A stretch of 64,000 nt of DNA from a virus, in IMG/VR virus record IMGVR_UViG_3300023720_000218. One strand, 5' to 3'. The notes under the pieces were generated by a model. The model did no database searches and was not told where the DNA came from. It saw nothing but the letters and a program-made list of their open reading frames with translations. Each line of letters begins with the position of its first letter. Position 1 is the stretch's first letter. The translations under genes were made by a program, and so were the position numbers. Positions 36,484-45,955 of the stretch are shown here, piece after piece.

Positions 36484-37165
36484 CTGGGCGAAACAATTTG
36501 AAACACCTGATTTTATAAAAGATGATCCTATATTTTTTCCACATAAGTACAATGATAAAAAGGACATAGAAATCAGTGCTTTTCTTACTTCATGGATAGC
36601 TTTCGGGAATCGCAAACTGATAATGCAGCAAGCAGAAATTTTGGATAATCTAATGGGTAATTCTCCTTATGCCTTCATTATGAACAAAGTATGGGAACAA
36701 TACAAAGAAAATACAAATACCTTCTACCGTATGTTCACCTACCATGACTTCTTCTGCATTTGCCAGCGGTTGTACAACATATATCAGGAATGGGATGATT
36801 TGGAAGTATTTTATGAGGGTTACAACAATGTTATCCGTGAAATACAAACAGATTTTGGTGGCGTAAAAGGTATTCCAAAATTGGAGCGTGATTCTCCATG
36901 CAAGCGTATTTGTCTGTTTCTACGGTGGGTAGTACGAAAATCGCCGGTGGATTTAGGTATTTGGAATATTATTCACCCGACAGAATTATACATACCATTG
37001 GATGCACATGTTGCAAAAATGGCACACCAGCTTGGGATAACAACACGCAAAACAGAGGACTGGAAAATGGTTCAACAAGTAACCAATTACATGAAAACAA
37101 TTTTCCCGGATGATCCGTGCCGGGGAGATTTTGCATTATTCGGATATAGTATTAACAATAAATAA
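36413..37165 (+). CDS. hypothetical protein
   Basis: 250-aa ORF. No motif recognised with confidence. Confidence 0.35.
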   Translation: MIKKPLSKNGKKNIMEELRDKLLDWAKQFETPDFIKDDPIFFPHKYNDKKDIEISAFLTSWIAFGNRKLIMQQAEILDNLMGNSPYAFIMNKVWEQYKENTNTFYRMFTYHDFFCICQRLYNIYQEWDDLEVFYEGYNNVIREIQTDFGGVKGIPKLERDSPCKRICLFLRWVVRKSPVDLGIWNIIHPTELYIPLDAHVAKMAHQLGITTRKTEDWKMVQQVTNYMKTIFPDDPCRGDFALFGYSINNK

Positions 37166-37173
37166 TTTACATT

Positions 37174-37758
37174 ATGTCAGAACTTAAAATCACACAAGAA
37201 AAGGTAACAGCCGCTTTTAGTGAAGCAAACGACTGTCCTAAAGCAATTAGTATTCTAACAGCCCTATTCGGAAAGCAAAAGCCGGATTATACAGATTATC
37301 ACAATATTAAAACCTACGAAGATGCTTGTGAAGCAATAGGTGTAAAACCTATTGTTCGCCTACTTGTTGAGGATGAAGACGGACACAAAGAAGAAGTGGC
37401 TGATATTGCACACCTCGCCTACATCAAACTATGCACAATTGCTCGTGCATTGAACAACGATCCTGATTTTCCACGATTTACTAAAGATGAATACCGTTAT
37501 ACGCCGTGGTTTTATCTTTATAATCAGAAAGAAATTGATGAAATGGACGAAGAGGATCGTAATCAGCTGGTTCTTTGGGGCGGTGGTGCGTCTGACGGTG
37601 CGTCTTGCGGCCTCGCTTGTGCGCACTCGTGTAACGCTTGGTCGAACCCGACTGCGTATCTCGGCTCTCGCCTTGCTGTAAAATCAAGTGAAATCGCAAT
37701 TTACTTTGGAGAACAATTCAAAGAATTGTGGAAAGACTTTCTGATTGGAAAAAAGTAA
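37174..37758 (+). CDS. remote DGR target protein (C-terminal variable region)
   Basis: C-terminal …LVLWGGGASDGASCGLACAHSCNAWSNPTAYLGSRLA… is encoded by VR2 (37565-37676). VR2 matches the template repeat except at template adenines. Confidence 0.6.
   Translation: MSELKITQEKVTAAFSEANDCPKAISILTALFGKQKPDYTDYHNIKTYEDACEAIGVKPIVRLLVEDEDGHKEEVADIAHLAYIKLCTIARALNNDPDFPRFTKDEYRYTPWFYLYNQKEIDEMDEEDRNQLVLWGGGASDGASCGLACAHSCNAWSNPTAYLGSRLAVKSSEIAIYFGEQFKELWKDFLIGKK
37565..37676 (+). repeat. DGR variable repeat 2 (VR2)
   Basis: Its reverse complement aligns to the TR (53899-54006) over about 110 nt. There are about 17 mismatches at TR-adenine positions and 1 at a non-A position. The 3' end GGCTCTCGCCTTGC is shared with VR1 (IMH-like) and differs from the TR's …GCCATAC. 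Confidence 0.7.
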
Positions 37759-37770
37759 TCACACTGGGGA

Positions 37771-37794
37771 GGCCGCATCAAAGCGGCCTTTTCC
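37771..37794 (+). terminator. rho-independent terminator
   Basis: GGCCGC-ATCAAA-GCGGCC followed by TTTTCC, directly after the VR2-bearing gene. Confidence 0.5.
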
Positions 37795-37992
37795 ATACCT
37801 TTTAAATCTATGACTCCAAAAGAATTTTTCGACAAAGTGGTGGAAATGCGCCGTTGCCAAAAAGAATATTTAAAAAATAAGAGACAGATAGATTTACGAA
37901 TAAGTAAACAAATTGAGCGTGAAGTAGATGAAGAAATTGAACGTGTTCAAAAAATCCTTCACGACAAACAGAATCCGCAACTCTTTTAGACT

Positions 37993-38409
37993 ATGGTTAA
38001 TATGAAAATCCTTGACCTGCCATTAAAAGCAAAATGGTATGAAATGATCGAATCCGGAAATAAGAAAGAAGAATACAGAGAGATCAAGAAATACTGGATC
38101 GGAAGATTAGCAAAATGTGGAGGTCGCAATTCCTATGAAAAGACAGGTTTCTATTGTAAGAAAGGTATTTGTTTTTCTTGTATTACACGTGGAAACGGCT
38201 TTCACCCCAAAGAATACACTCATGTTCGCTTCCGTTTTGGCTACACCAAACGGACAATGCTTTTTGAACTTGAATCTATAACCATCGGAGTTGGTAACAC
38301 CAATTGGGGAGCACCGGATAACGAATGTGTATTTATACTTAAACTGGGAAAATGTATCAAAAAAAATGAAAGTAAGGACTCAACAGAATTTCAACCGAAA
38401 AACTCGTGA
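37993..38409 (+). CDS. hypothetical protein (possible ASCH/PUA-like fold)
   Basis: 138 aa. The N-terminal pattern LPLKAKWYEMIESGNKKEEYREI is reminiscent of ASCH domains; this is weak. Confidence 0.25.
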   Translation: MVNMKILDLPLKAKWYEMIESGNKKEEYREIKKYWIGRLAKCGGRNSYEKTGFYCKKGICFSCITRGNGFHPKEYTHVRFRFGYTKRTMLFELESITIGVGNTNWGAPDNECVFILKLGKCIKKNESKDSTEFQPKNS

Positions 38410-38622
38410 AACAGTATTCGGTATCAGCATCATGCCTGACGGTGGCAGAAGATATTGTAAATACCCAATAGGCCACCAAGAATACAAAGACTATACCCAA
38501 GCACACCAAGCTATGAAAGATGTACAAAAGATATTGGATAATGGAGGCCGATTAGTGTATTCTCCCAAAGGTAGTGCCGGGATTAATAAAAATGAATATG
38601 TAAAAATTGAAATGACATAAAA

Positions 38623-39472
38623 ATGAAAATATTAGTAAGTTTTTCAGGTGGTAAGGATTCACAAGCATGTTTGATCCAAGCCTTCAAACAATATGGGGGG
38701 GGATTTAATCGCTGTGTTTTGTGACACCGGCTGGGAACACCCTGACACATATAAACATGTGAATGATGTTTGTCTGCAAATGGGAGTAAGACTTATAACT
38801 CTCAAATCAAAATACGATTTTGTGTCTTTGGCAGTTCACAAGAAAAGATTTCCTTCCACGAATGCACGGTTTTGTACCAGTGAACTAAAAATGAAGCCAA
38901 TGATTGATTATGTACTTTCTTTGAAAGAAAGCTGCATTATTATACAAGGTATCAGAGCCGGAGAAAGTACAGCACGTGCGGCAATGGAAGAGGAATGTAT
39001 GTACTTCAAATCGTATTTTCAACCTAATAAGAAAGGAAGAACTGAAAACTACCGAAGTAAGGATGTCAAAGAATGGTGTTCCCAATTTGACGCTTCTGTT
39101 CTAAGACCGATCTTCAAATGGAGTGCACAGCAAGTTATAGATTGCATACTGGATGCAGGGCAGAAACCGAATCCATTGTATTATCGTGGATTCTCACGTG
39201 TTGGATGTTTCCCGTGTATCATGTGTCGGCATAAAGAAATTGAACTTATAGCCAAAAATGATCCTGAAATGTGTCAACGTCTGATTCAAGCAGAGAAAAA
39301 CGTGGGACATTCCTTCTTTCCTCCATCATACATACCTCAAAGATTCTGTAAAAACAAACAATATCCTTATGTAGAGGAAGTTTTGGAGTACGTTAAAGAA
39401 CATACCCCTGATATGTTCGAGCCGGAAAGTGGATATGCCTGCATGAGCCTGTTTCATGGACTATGCGAATAA
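38623..39472 (+). CDS. PAPS-reductase-family / PP-loop ATP pyrophosphatase-like protein, split by a frameshift at a G8 tract
   Basis: The ATG at 38623 gives MKILVSFSGGKDSQACLIQAFKQYGGG… (SGGKDS PP-loop) and stops at 38724. The tract-downstream frame (38693..39472; its N-terminal part up to 38724 overlaps the first frame) continues …DLIAVFCDTGWEHPDTY…. Removing one G from the run at 38695-38702 fuses them into a protein of about 282 aa. Confidence 0.55.
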
Positions 39473-39620
39473 ATAAAAATATTATGAAGAAAATACTACT
39501 TATCTTTACACTCCTTGTTTTGTTAACTGGATGTACTGCACCAAGAGTTTATAAAAAGAACCGCTTCACAAAACAGTTTCAAGAAGCAGATTCAATGTTT
39601 ACTCAAAAACATTTATTAGA

Positions 39621-40073
39621 ATGAAGACATTAGACGAAAAGGCTGCCGAATATGCAGCAGGGGTTGTAGCTGAGTTCCCTGAACTTGCAAGCTACAAAGG
39701 AACTATTGAAACCATTTACGGACAAGGGGCAATGGAATGTGAATTACTTGGAGAAGAAACGGGAACCTTTGGGCAAGCACTTGAATCTCTCAAACGAGGG
39801 CATCTCGTTACTCGTAAAGGATGGAACGGTAAGGGTATGTTCATATTCATGCGTCCTGAAGATTGTTTATCAACGGAAAAGGTTGTTAATCATGTTAAAT
39901 CACTTCCCGAATCATTCAAAAAATGGATAGCCAACAATTATGGAGATTCGGAAATTGATAAAATCAAATTTACTGCATACTTATGTATGAAAGCTGCCGA
40001 TGGCACCGTTGTAAATGGTTGGCTTGCATCACAGACAGATATGCTTGCTAACGATTGGATGATAGTTAAATAA
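39621..40073 (+). CDS. DUF2829-like protein (possible Tad2-type anti-Thoeris sponge homologue)
   Basis: …FGQALESLKRGHLVTRKGWNGKGMFIFM… and a C-terminal …NGWLASQTDMLANDWMIV resemble the DUF2829 signature (G-W-N-G-K-G…D-W). Recalled from memory. Confidence 0.35.
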   Translation: MKTLDEKAAEYAAGVVAEFPELASYKGTIETIYGQGAMECELLGEETGTFGQALESLKRGHLVTRKGWNGKGMFIFMRPEDCLSTEKVVNHVKSLPESFKKWIANNYGDSEIDKIKFTAYLCMKAADGTVVNGWLASQTDMLANDWMIVK

Positions 40074-40603
40074 GTGTATGTCATACGGCTGTTAAATGTC
40101 TGCCGTATGACGCATTCTATACAATTATAAAGCAAACGACTAAGTTATGAAATGTGAAGAGCACGTAGATAAAGGAAAAACAAGAATAAGAGGCTGGCAC
40201 AATTTTACTCCATGTAAAAATACTGCTAAATACAAAGTTACATACCCAAGTGGCAATGTTCTATTTTTATGTGGAGTCCATTATAATAGATTGAAAAGAC
40301 TTGGATATAACGTTAAAGCCGAAGAAATCAGAAAATAATATTAGTAGAAAAATCTTTATATTACTTCCATATATTCAAAATCATGTATGAAGGATTAAAA
40401 ATAAATTTCAGACTATGGCATATTGTAGGCGGTATTTACGAATACAAAACATTGATAAGACTTCCTCGAAAGCAAAAGAAAGCATTAAAGAAAAGTCTTT
40501 TGCAGGATATTTTTACGATTGATAGGAACTACCTAAAAGAGTGCCCAAAGCCTAAAAAAATGCCAATATTTAGTTATAAACAAGAATAAAAAGGATATAA
40601 ATA

Positions 40604-41272
40604 ATGCCGATAAGCGAAGTATATAACATGGACTGTATGGAATACATGAAGGGGATTCCTGATAAGTTCTTTGATTTAGCGATAGTCGATCCCCAGTATG
40701 GCATAGACATAATGCACAAGGGTGGGATGCCGAAGCATTTAGGCTTTAAGCAGTATAAACGCAAGGATTGGGACAAGAAACCACCTGGCAAAAGATATTT
40801 TCAGGAGTTATTTAGAGTGAGTAAGAATCAAATAATTTTCGGTGGCAACTATTTTACTCAACATCTGCCTCCTAAAATGGGTTGGATCGTCTGGGATAAG
40901 GGGCAACATGGACTAACAATGTCTGACGGAGAATTGGCATGGAGTAGTTTTGACAAAGCTCTTCGGATCATAACTCTAAACCGGTGTACAATTGGAGAAC
41001 GAGGTGGAAATATCCATCGTTGTCAGAAGCCAGTGAAATTATATGCTGAAATATTAAGAAAAAACGCCAAAGAGGGAGACAAAATTTTTGATAGTCATTT
41101 AGGTTCAGGAAGTAGCAGAATAGCTGCTTATGGACTTGGATTCGATTTCTATGCAACTGAAATAGATGAAGAATACTTTGAAGCACAAGAAGAACGTTTT
41201 CACCGGGAATGTTTTGGGGAGATAAAAACAGAGAGAGGAACGTTGGTTCAAACTAATTTATTTGATAAATAG
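40604..41272 (+). CDS. DNA N6-adenine / N4-cytosine methyltransferase (N-4/N-6 methylase family)
   Basis: Motif IV DPQY (LAIVDPQYG) and motif I FDSHLGSGSS. 222 aa. Confidence 0.65.
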   Translation: MPISEVYNMDCMEYMKGIPDKFFDLAIVDPQYGIDIMHKGGMPKHLGFKQYKRKDWDKKPPGKRYFQELFRVSKNQIIFGGNYFTQHLPPKMGWIVWDKGQHGLTMSDGELAWSSFDKALRIITLNRCTIGERGGNIHRCQKPVKLYAEILRKNAKEGDKIFDSHLGSGSSRIAAYGLGFDFYATEIDEEYFEAQEERFHRECFGEIKTERGTLVQTNLFDK

Positions 41273-41669
41273 ATATGAAACAGACAGTAGAAGAAGCGGC
41301 AAAGGAAGCAAGGATGACAAGTGCCGAAACATTAACTACTTATGGCACACACACGTCACTTGATGATTTTACATATTTATCTCATGATGAAATTGCAGAA
41401 TCTGCATTTATAAAAGGTGCTGACTGGCAGTCAAAGCAATCACCTTGGATAAGCGTGAAGGGACAGTTGCCGGATGAAAATGAAGACATCATCATTCTAT
41501 GTAAACATGGTGCGATTTTTAACGGCACATATAGCAACAATGTATGGTTCTGCATGGATGGTTATATCTATGACACGTACAAAGGTAACCCAATTTACTC
41601 TTCAATGAGCAGCATACCTCCGTCATGGGAACCGATAGCATGGATGCCAAAACCTAAATTTGAAGAATA

Positions 41670-42587
41670 ATGAATATTGGAATTTTAGCCGTTGATAGCA
41701 ATTTCCCCAATTTAGCACTTATGAAGATCAGTGCTTACCACAAAGCAAGAGGCGATCAAGTGGAATGGTATAATCCACTATGTAAATATGATAAAGTATA
41801 TGCAGCTAAAGTTTTCACTTTCACACCCGACTATAACTATTATATCAATGCTAACCAAATAGAAAAAGGTGGTACTGGATATGATATTGAAAAAGTTCTT
41901 CCAATTGAGGTTGATCGTCTTCAACCTGATTACTCGATCTACAATATTGACTCCAATTTGTCCTATGGGTTTCTGACACGTGGGTGTCCCAATCGGTGTA
42001 AATGGTGGGTTGTTCCTAAAAAAGAAGGAAAAATCTCACCTTATATGGATATTGAGGAAATAACAGCCGGACGGAAGAAAGCTATCCTTATGGATAATAA
42101 TATACTGGCCTCAAACTATGGCTTGCAGCAAATAGAGAAAATCATCAAACTGGGTATCAAAGTGGATTTTAATCAAGGACTGGATGCTCGTTTAATCACG
42201 GATGAAATCGCTCGGCTACTTGCAAAAGTAAAATGGATTAAACGTATTCGCTTTGGATGCGATACACCGGGACAGATTGCAGAAGTTGAACGTGCTTCCG
42301 CTTTAATAGACAAGTATGGATATAAAGGGGAATATTTCTTGTATTGCATCCTTATGGACTTTGAAGAATCGTTTGCGCGCGTCAACTACTGGAAATCTAA
42401 AAGCCGCCGTTTTCTTCCACATTGTCAACCCTTTCGTGATCTGAACAATCCACACCAAATTATTCCACAGTGGCAGAAAGACATGGCACATTGGGCTGAT
42501 AGGAAGGAAATATACATGAGTTGCGACTTCAAAGACTTTTCACCAAGAAAAGGTTTTTTATGTAAGGAATACTTTAAAATATTGTGA
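41670..42587 (+). CDS. hypothetical protein
   Basis: 305-aa ORF containing a TRGCPNRC segment. No firm family was assigned. Confidence 0.35.
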   Translation: MNIGILAVDSNFPNLALMKISAYHKARGDQVEWYNPLCKYDKVYAAKVFTFTPDYNYYINANQIEKGGTGYDIEKVLPIEVDRLQPDYSIYNIDSNLSYGFLTRGCPNRCKWWVVPKKEGKISPYMDIEEITAGRKKAILMDNNILASNYGLQQIEKIIKLGIKVDFNQGLDARLITDEIARLLAKVKWIKRIRFGCDTPGQIAEVERASALIDKYGYKGEYFLYCILMDFEESFARVNYWKSKSRRFLPHCQPFRDLNNPHQIIPQWQKDMAHWADRKEIYMSCDFKDFSPRKGFLCKEYFKIL

Positions 42588-42821
42588 GATGAAATTAAAC
42601 AAAAAGACAGAGCGACTTATTAAACGTAGAGCCGCTGAATTTAAAAAATTATATGAAACTCCTAATCCCGAAGTAGATAAAATTATTTCTGAATTGAGAG
42701 CAGAAGCAACGAAACGTCCACAGAACATGAGTAAGGAAGAAGAAATTGCTTATATTCTGAAAAAGGCTGATGAAAATTGCGATCATATAGAAATTCGTAA
42801 AATCCTAAATGTAAGTAATAC

Positions 42822-43311
42822 ATGAATACATCTTTTGAACGATCTGCAAACGCTTCCGATGAATGGTACACACCACGAGAAATCATTGAAGCATTAGGTG
42901 AATTTGACCTTGATCCATGTGCTCCCATGCACCCTCTTTGGCCTACCGCAAAAATCATGTACAACAAGCAGGACAATGGTCTTATACAAAATTGGGGGGC
43001 GAATTTGGCTTAACCCTCCGTACTCCAAACCGCTTATATGGCAGTTTGTAGAGAAATTGGCAGAACACGGCAACGGTATAGCACTACTTTTTAACCGGTG
43101 TGACAGCAATAAGTTTCAAGACATCATCTTCACGAAAGCAACCGGTATGATGTTTTTGAGGAATCGAATAAAATTCTTCCGTCCCGATGGAACACGTGGG
43201 GACAGCCCCGGTTGCGGTAGTGTTCTTATTGCATTTGGCCGGGAAAATGCCGAAATTTTAAGGAACTGCTCTTTACAAGGCAAATATGTTGAACTTAACA
43301 ATGATAAATGA
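42822..43311 (+). CDS. phage Dam-family DNA N6-adenine methyltransferase, split by a frameshift at a G6 tract
   Basis: Frame A (42822..43013) has SDEWYTPREIIEALGEFDLDPCAP. Frame B (to 43311) has IWLNPPYSKP. One G fewer at 42994-42999 gives the contiguous …LIQNWGRIWLNPPYS…. Confidence 0.55.
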
Positions 43312-43586
43312 TGAAAGTCTTATATTTACTCATGCTCATTGCCGGTCTTCTGTGGATCGGTGATTTCTCTATCACCTTAAAACCCTTTTCTGTATCTTTA
43401 CCATGCTGGTATAAATCCGTTGGCATACTTCTATTTTGGCTGTCAATGACTATATATGTTTTAGGTGAGCATACCAAAGGCTATAAAGAAGGATTTGATA
43501 CTGGAATTAAACAGTGCATTAAGATACTTGATAGAAATTGCTACTCTAAAGAAATAAATAATGATGAAACAGTACAGAATCAATAA
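43308..43586 (+). CDS. hypothetical small membrane protein
   Basis: 92 aa with two hydrophobic helices. Confidence 0.3.
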   Translation: MMKVLYLLMLIAGLLWIGDFSITLKPFSVSLPCWYKSVGILLFWLSMTIYVLGEHTKGYKEGFDTGIKQCIKILDRNCYSKEINNDETVQNQ

Positions 43587-43766
43587 AACGACTACCTTCG
43601 TAGAAGATAATTGCAGCGGAAACAGAGAGAAATACCTCCTTCTTGATTACAAAGTACAAGTTAAATTTGCAGGGATTTGGATAACAGTCAAGTCCTTTCA
43701 TGATGAAGATGAAGAATACGCAAAGAACTGTGCGAATGAACTTCTTGAAAAACTTAACGAAAAGAT

Positions 43767-45038
43767 TTGATTATGATTGAATTACAAGGAAAATTCGGCA
43801 AAGATTGTAAAATATTTACAAATGCAATAGAAAATGAAGCTATTGGAACGATACAAAACATTTTGAACAATCCGGTTACGACTGGTGTTCCGGTTCGTAT
43901 TATGCCTGATACCCATCAGGGAGTAGATATAGTGATTGGATTCACCATGCCAGTTACAGATCGTGTCAACCCCAATCATATCGGAGTGGATATTGGTTGT
44001 GGAATGTTGTGTGTAGAAATTGAAAATGCAATAACAGAAGAGTCTTTCCCGGACATTAATCATGCAATCCGTTCCATCATACCTATGGGATTTGAGATTA
44101 ACCAACAACCCTTATCCAAACAAGAAAAGGAAGATTTGTTTACCTTCTTATCTATCAGAATGGATCAGTTCTGCTCTAAATACCAACTAACCAAACCAGT
44201 TATTAATGAAGAATATGTATCACAACTTTGTAAGAAGGTGGGGATAAATGAAGGCACATTCTACAACTCTTTAGGTACATTGGGAGGTGGAAACCACTTT
44301 ATAGAACTGGGGCGTGCCGAGTCAACCAATAATATATTTCTTACAATACATACCGGATCGCGCAACTTTGGTGTGAAGGTCTGTAAATACCATGCAGAAA
44401 TAGCAAAATTTGATAAAAAGGCTTTTTCTAATGAAATTCAACGCTTGAAGTCCACTGTTGAGCCACAATTCATGCAAACTGAAATACTACGTTTGAAGGA
44501 AAAATTTGCCGAATATTCCGGGTATCTCACAAATGAAGCAATGCTCCACTATTTATGTGACATGGTGATCGCACAAGGATATGCCGCATTCAACCGCAAG
44601 TTGATTATACAGCGTATAATCAGAACTTTGAGCTGGAACGCTACAATATCCGTTGAGACAGTCCATAACTATATCAGCTTTGATGATATGATAATCCGTA
44701 AAGGGGCTATTGCCGCATACGCCAATGATTACGTTGTGATTCCTATGAATATGGCAGACGGTATTCTTCTTTGTCGTGGTAAGGGAAACAAAGACTGGAA
44801 CTATTCTGCACCACATGGTGCAGGACGCTTATACTCCCGTTCCGAAGCTAAAGAAAGATTATCAATGGACGCATTCAAAACCCAAATGAGCAAAGTGTAT
44901 TCCACTTCCGTATGTGAAGGGACATTGGATGAAAGTCCTATGGCATACAAAAATGTTCAGGAAATAAAAGAGCTTATAGAACCTACGGTAGAAATTATTG
45001 ATACAATTGTGCCACTAATCAATATCAAAGCTGTATGA
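43767..45038 (+). CDS. rtcB: RtcB-family RNA ligase
   Basis: …RIMPDTHQGVDIVIG…, …LGTLGGGNHFIEL… and …SAPHGAGRLYSR…. These are the conserved metal- and GMP-binding His motifs of RtcB. 423 aa. Confidence 0.75.
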   Translation: MIMIELQGKFGKDCKIFTNAIENEAIGTIQNILNNPVTTGVPVRIMPDTHQGVDIVIGFTMPVTDRVNPNHIGVDIGCGMLCVEIENAITEESFPDINHAIRSIIPMGFEINQQPLSKQEKEDLFTFLSIRMDQFCSKYQLTKPVINEEYVSQLCKKVGINEGTFYNSLGTLGGGNHFIELGRAESTNNIFLTIHTGSRNFGVKVCKYHAEIAKFDKKAFSNEIQRLKSTVEPQFMQTEILRLKEKFAEYSGYLTNEAMLHYLCDMVIAQGYAAFNRKLIIQRIIRTLSWNATISVETVHNYISFDDMIIRKGAIAAYANDYVVIPMNMADGILLCRGKGNKDWNYSAPHGAGRLYSRSEAKERLSMDAFKTQMSKVYSTSVCEGTLDESPMAYKNVQEIKELIEPTVEIIDTIVPLINIKAV

Positions 45039-45442
45039 TAGAAAAGACAGACTTCCCATATACTCTTGGCGGCTATGTTGAACAGCAAAATTATAAAGGT
45101 TTCGACATAGCCGTTTCCATTCGTAGATACAAAGGAATATCAGCTTATGTCATTTCCTCGGAGAAAAGGCTGATCCGTGAAGAATCTGCCACCTTTGCCG
45201 ACAAAGAAGACATGTTCCGTTGGGGACGAGAAGCGGTTGACCGATATTTGGAACAGCAAGAACGTAGAAAAGAAGAAAATACGATCAAACGGGCAGACTA
45301 TTATAAGAAGAAAGCTCGTGTGGCAGCATTGAAAGCCTTTAATGCCGCTATGTATTTCTCTGATATAAAGGACGGACTTTATGATAAGGCAAAAGGATTT
45401 TTTGAGTATGAACTGGATAAGGAACATGGAAAGATCAAATGA
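45035..45442 (+). CDS. hypothetical protein
   Basis: 135-aa ORF. Confidence 0.3.
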   Translation: MIEKTDFPYTLGGYVEQQNYKGFDIAVSIRRYKGISAYVISSEKRLIREESATFADKEDMFRWGREAVDRYLEQQERRKEENTIKRADYYKKKARVAALKAFNAAMYFSDIKDGLYDKAKGFFEYELDKEHGKIK

Positions 45443-45954
45443 AAACACTTGATATTATACAAGGCTTTTGCGATCATGTTTTTCGTGATAAAAAAGGAAA
45501 CCGCATCTTTCCCAATATTTTTGTCGGGAAATGGGAAGCTGACTTATTGGAAGTTACCCGGTCACGCCTGACTTATGAATATGAAGTAAAAGTAAGCAGA
45601 TGTGATTTCCATAAGGATAAAAAGAAAAGTGATAAATATGGCAAGAACAAGTTTGATGTTGTCACTTCCGGCCAACGTACCAATTATTTTTATTATATAG
45701 TACCAAAAAGTTTGATAAAGCCCGATGAAGTCCCTGATTTTGCCGGGCTTATTTATGCTTATGAAGGATCAGTGCAATGTTATTCTCTTGAAAAGGGAAG
45801 GTATGCGGTAAAGAGAATTTTCTTTGAGGTAGTCAAGCCTGCCCAAAAAGTTTCTGACATGAAAGCGGATGATAATTTCATTCGTAAACTCGACTTATCC
45901 ATGTACTATCGCTATCACCAAATGAGAAGAGATAATTACAAAAATAAGGAATAA
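45439..45954 (+). CDS. hypothetical protein
   Basis: 171-aa ORF. Confidence 0.3.
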   Translation: MKTLDIIQGFCDHVFRDKKGNRIFPNIFVGKWEADLLEVTRSRLTYEYEVKVSRCDFHKDKKKSDKYGKNKFDVVTSGQRTNYFYYIVPKSLIKPDEVPDFAGLIYAYEGSVQCYSLEKGRYAVKRIFFEVVKPAQKVSDMKADDNFIRKLDLSMYYRYHQMRRDNYKNKE

Positions 45955-45955
45955 T

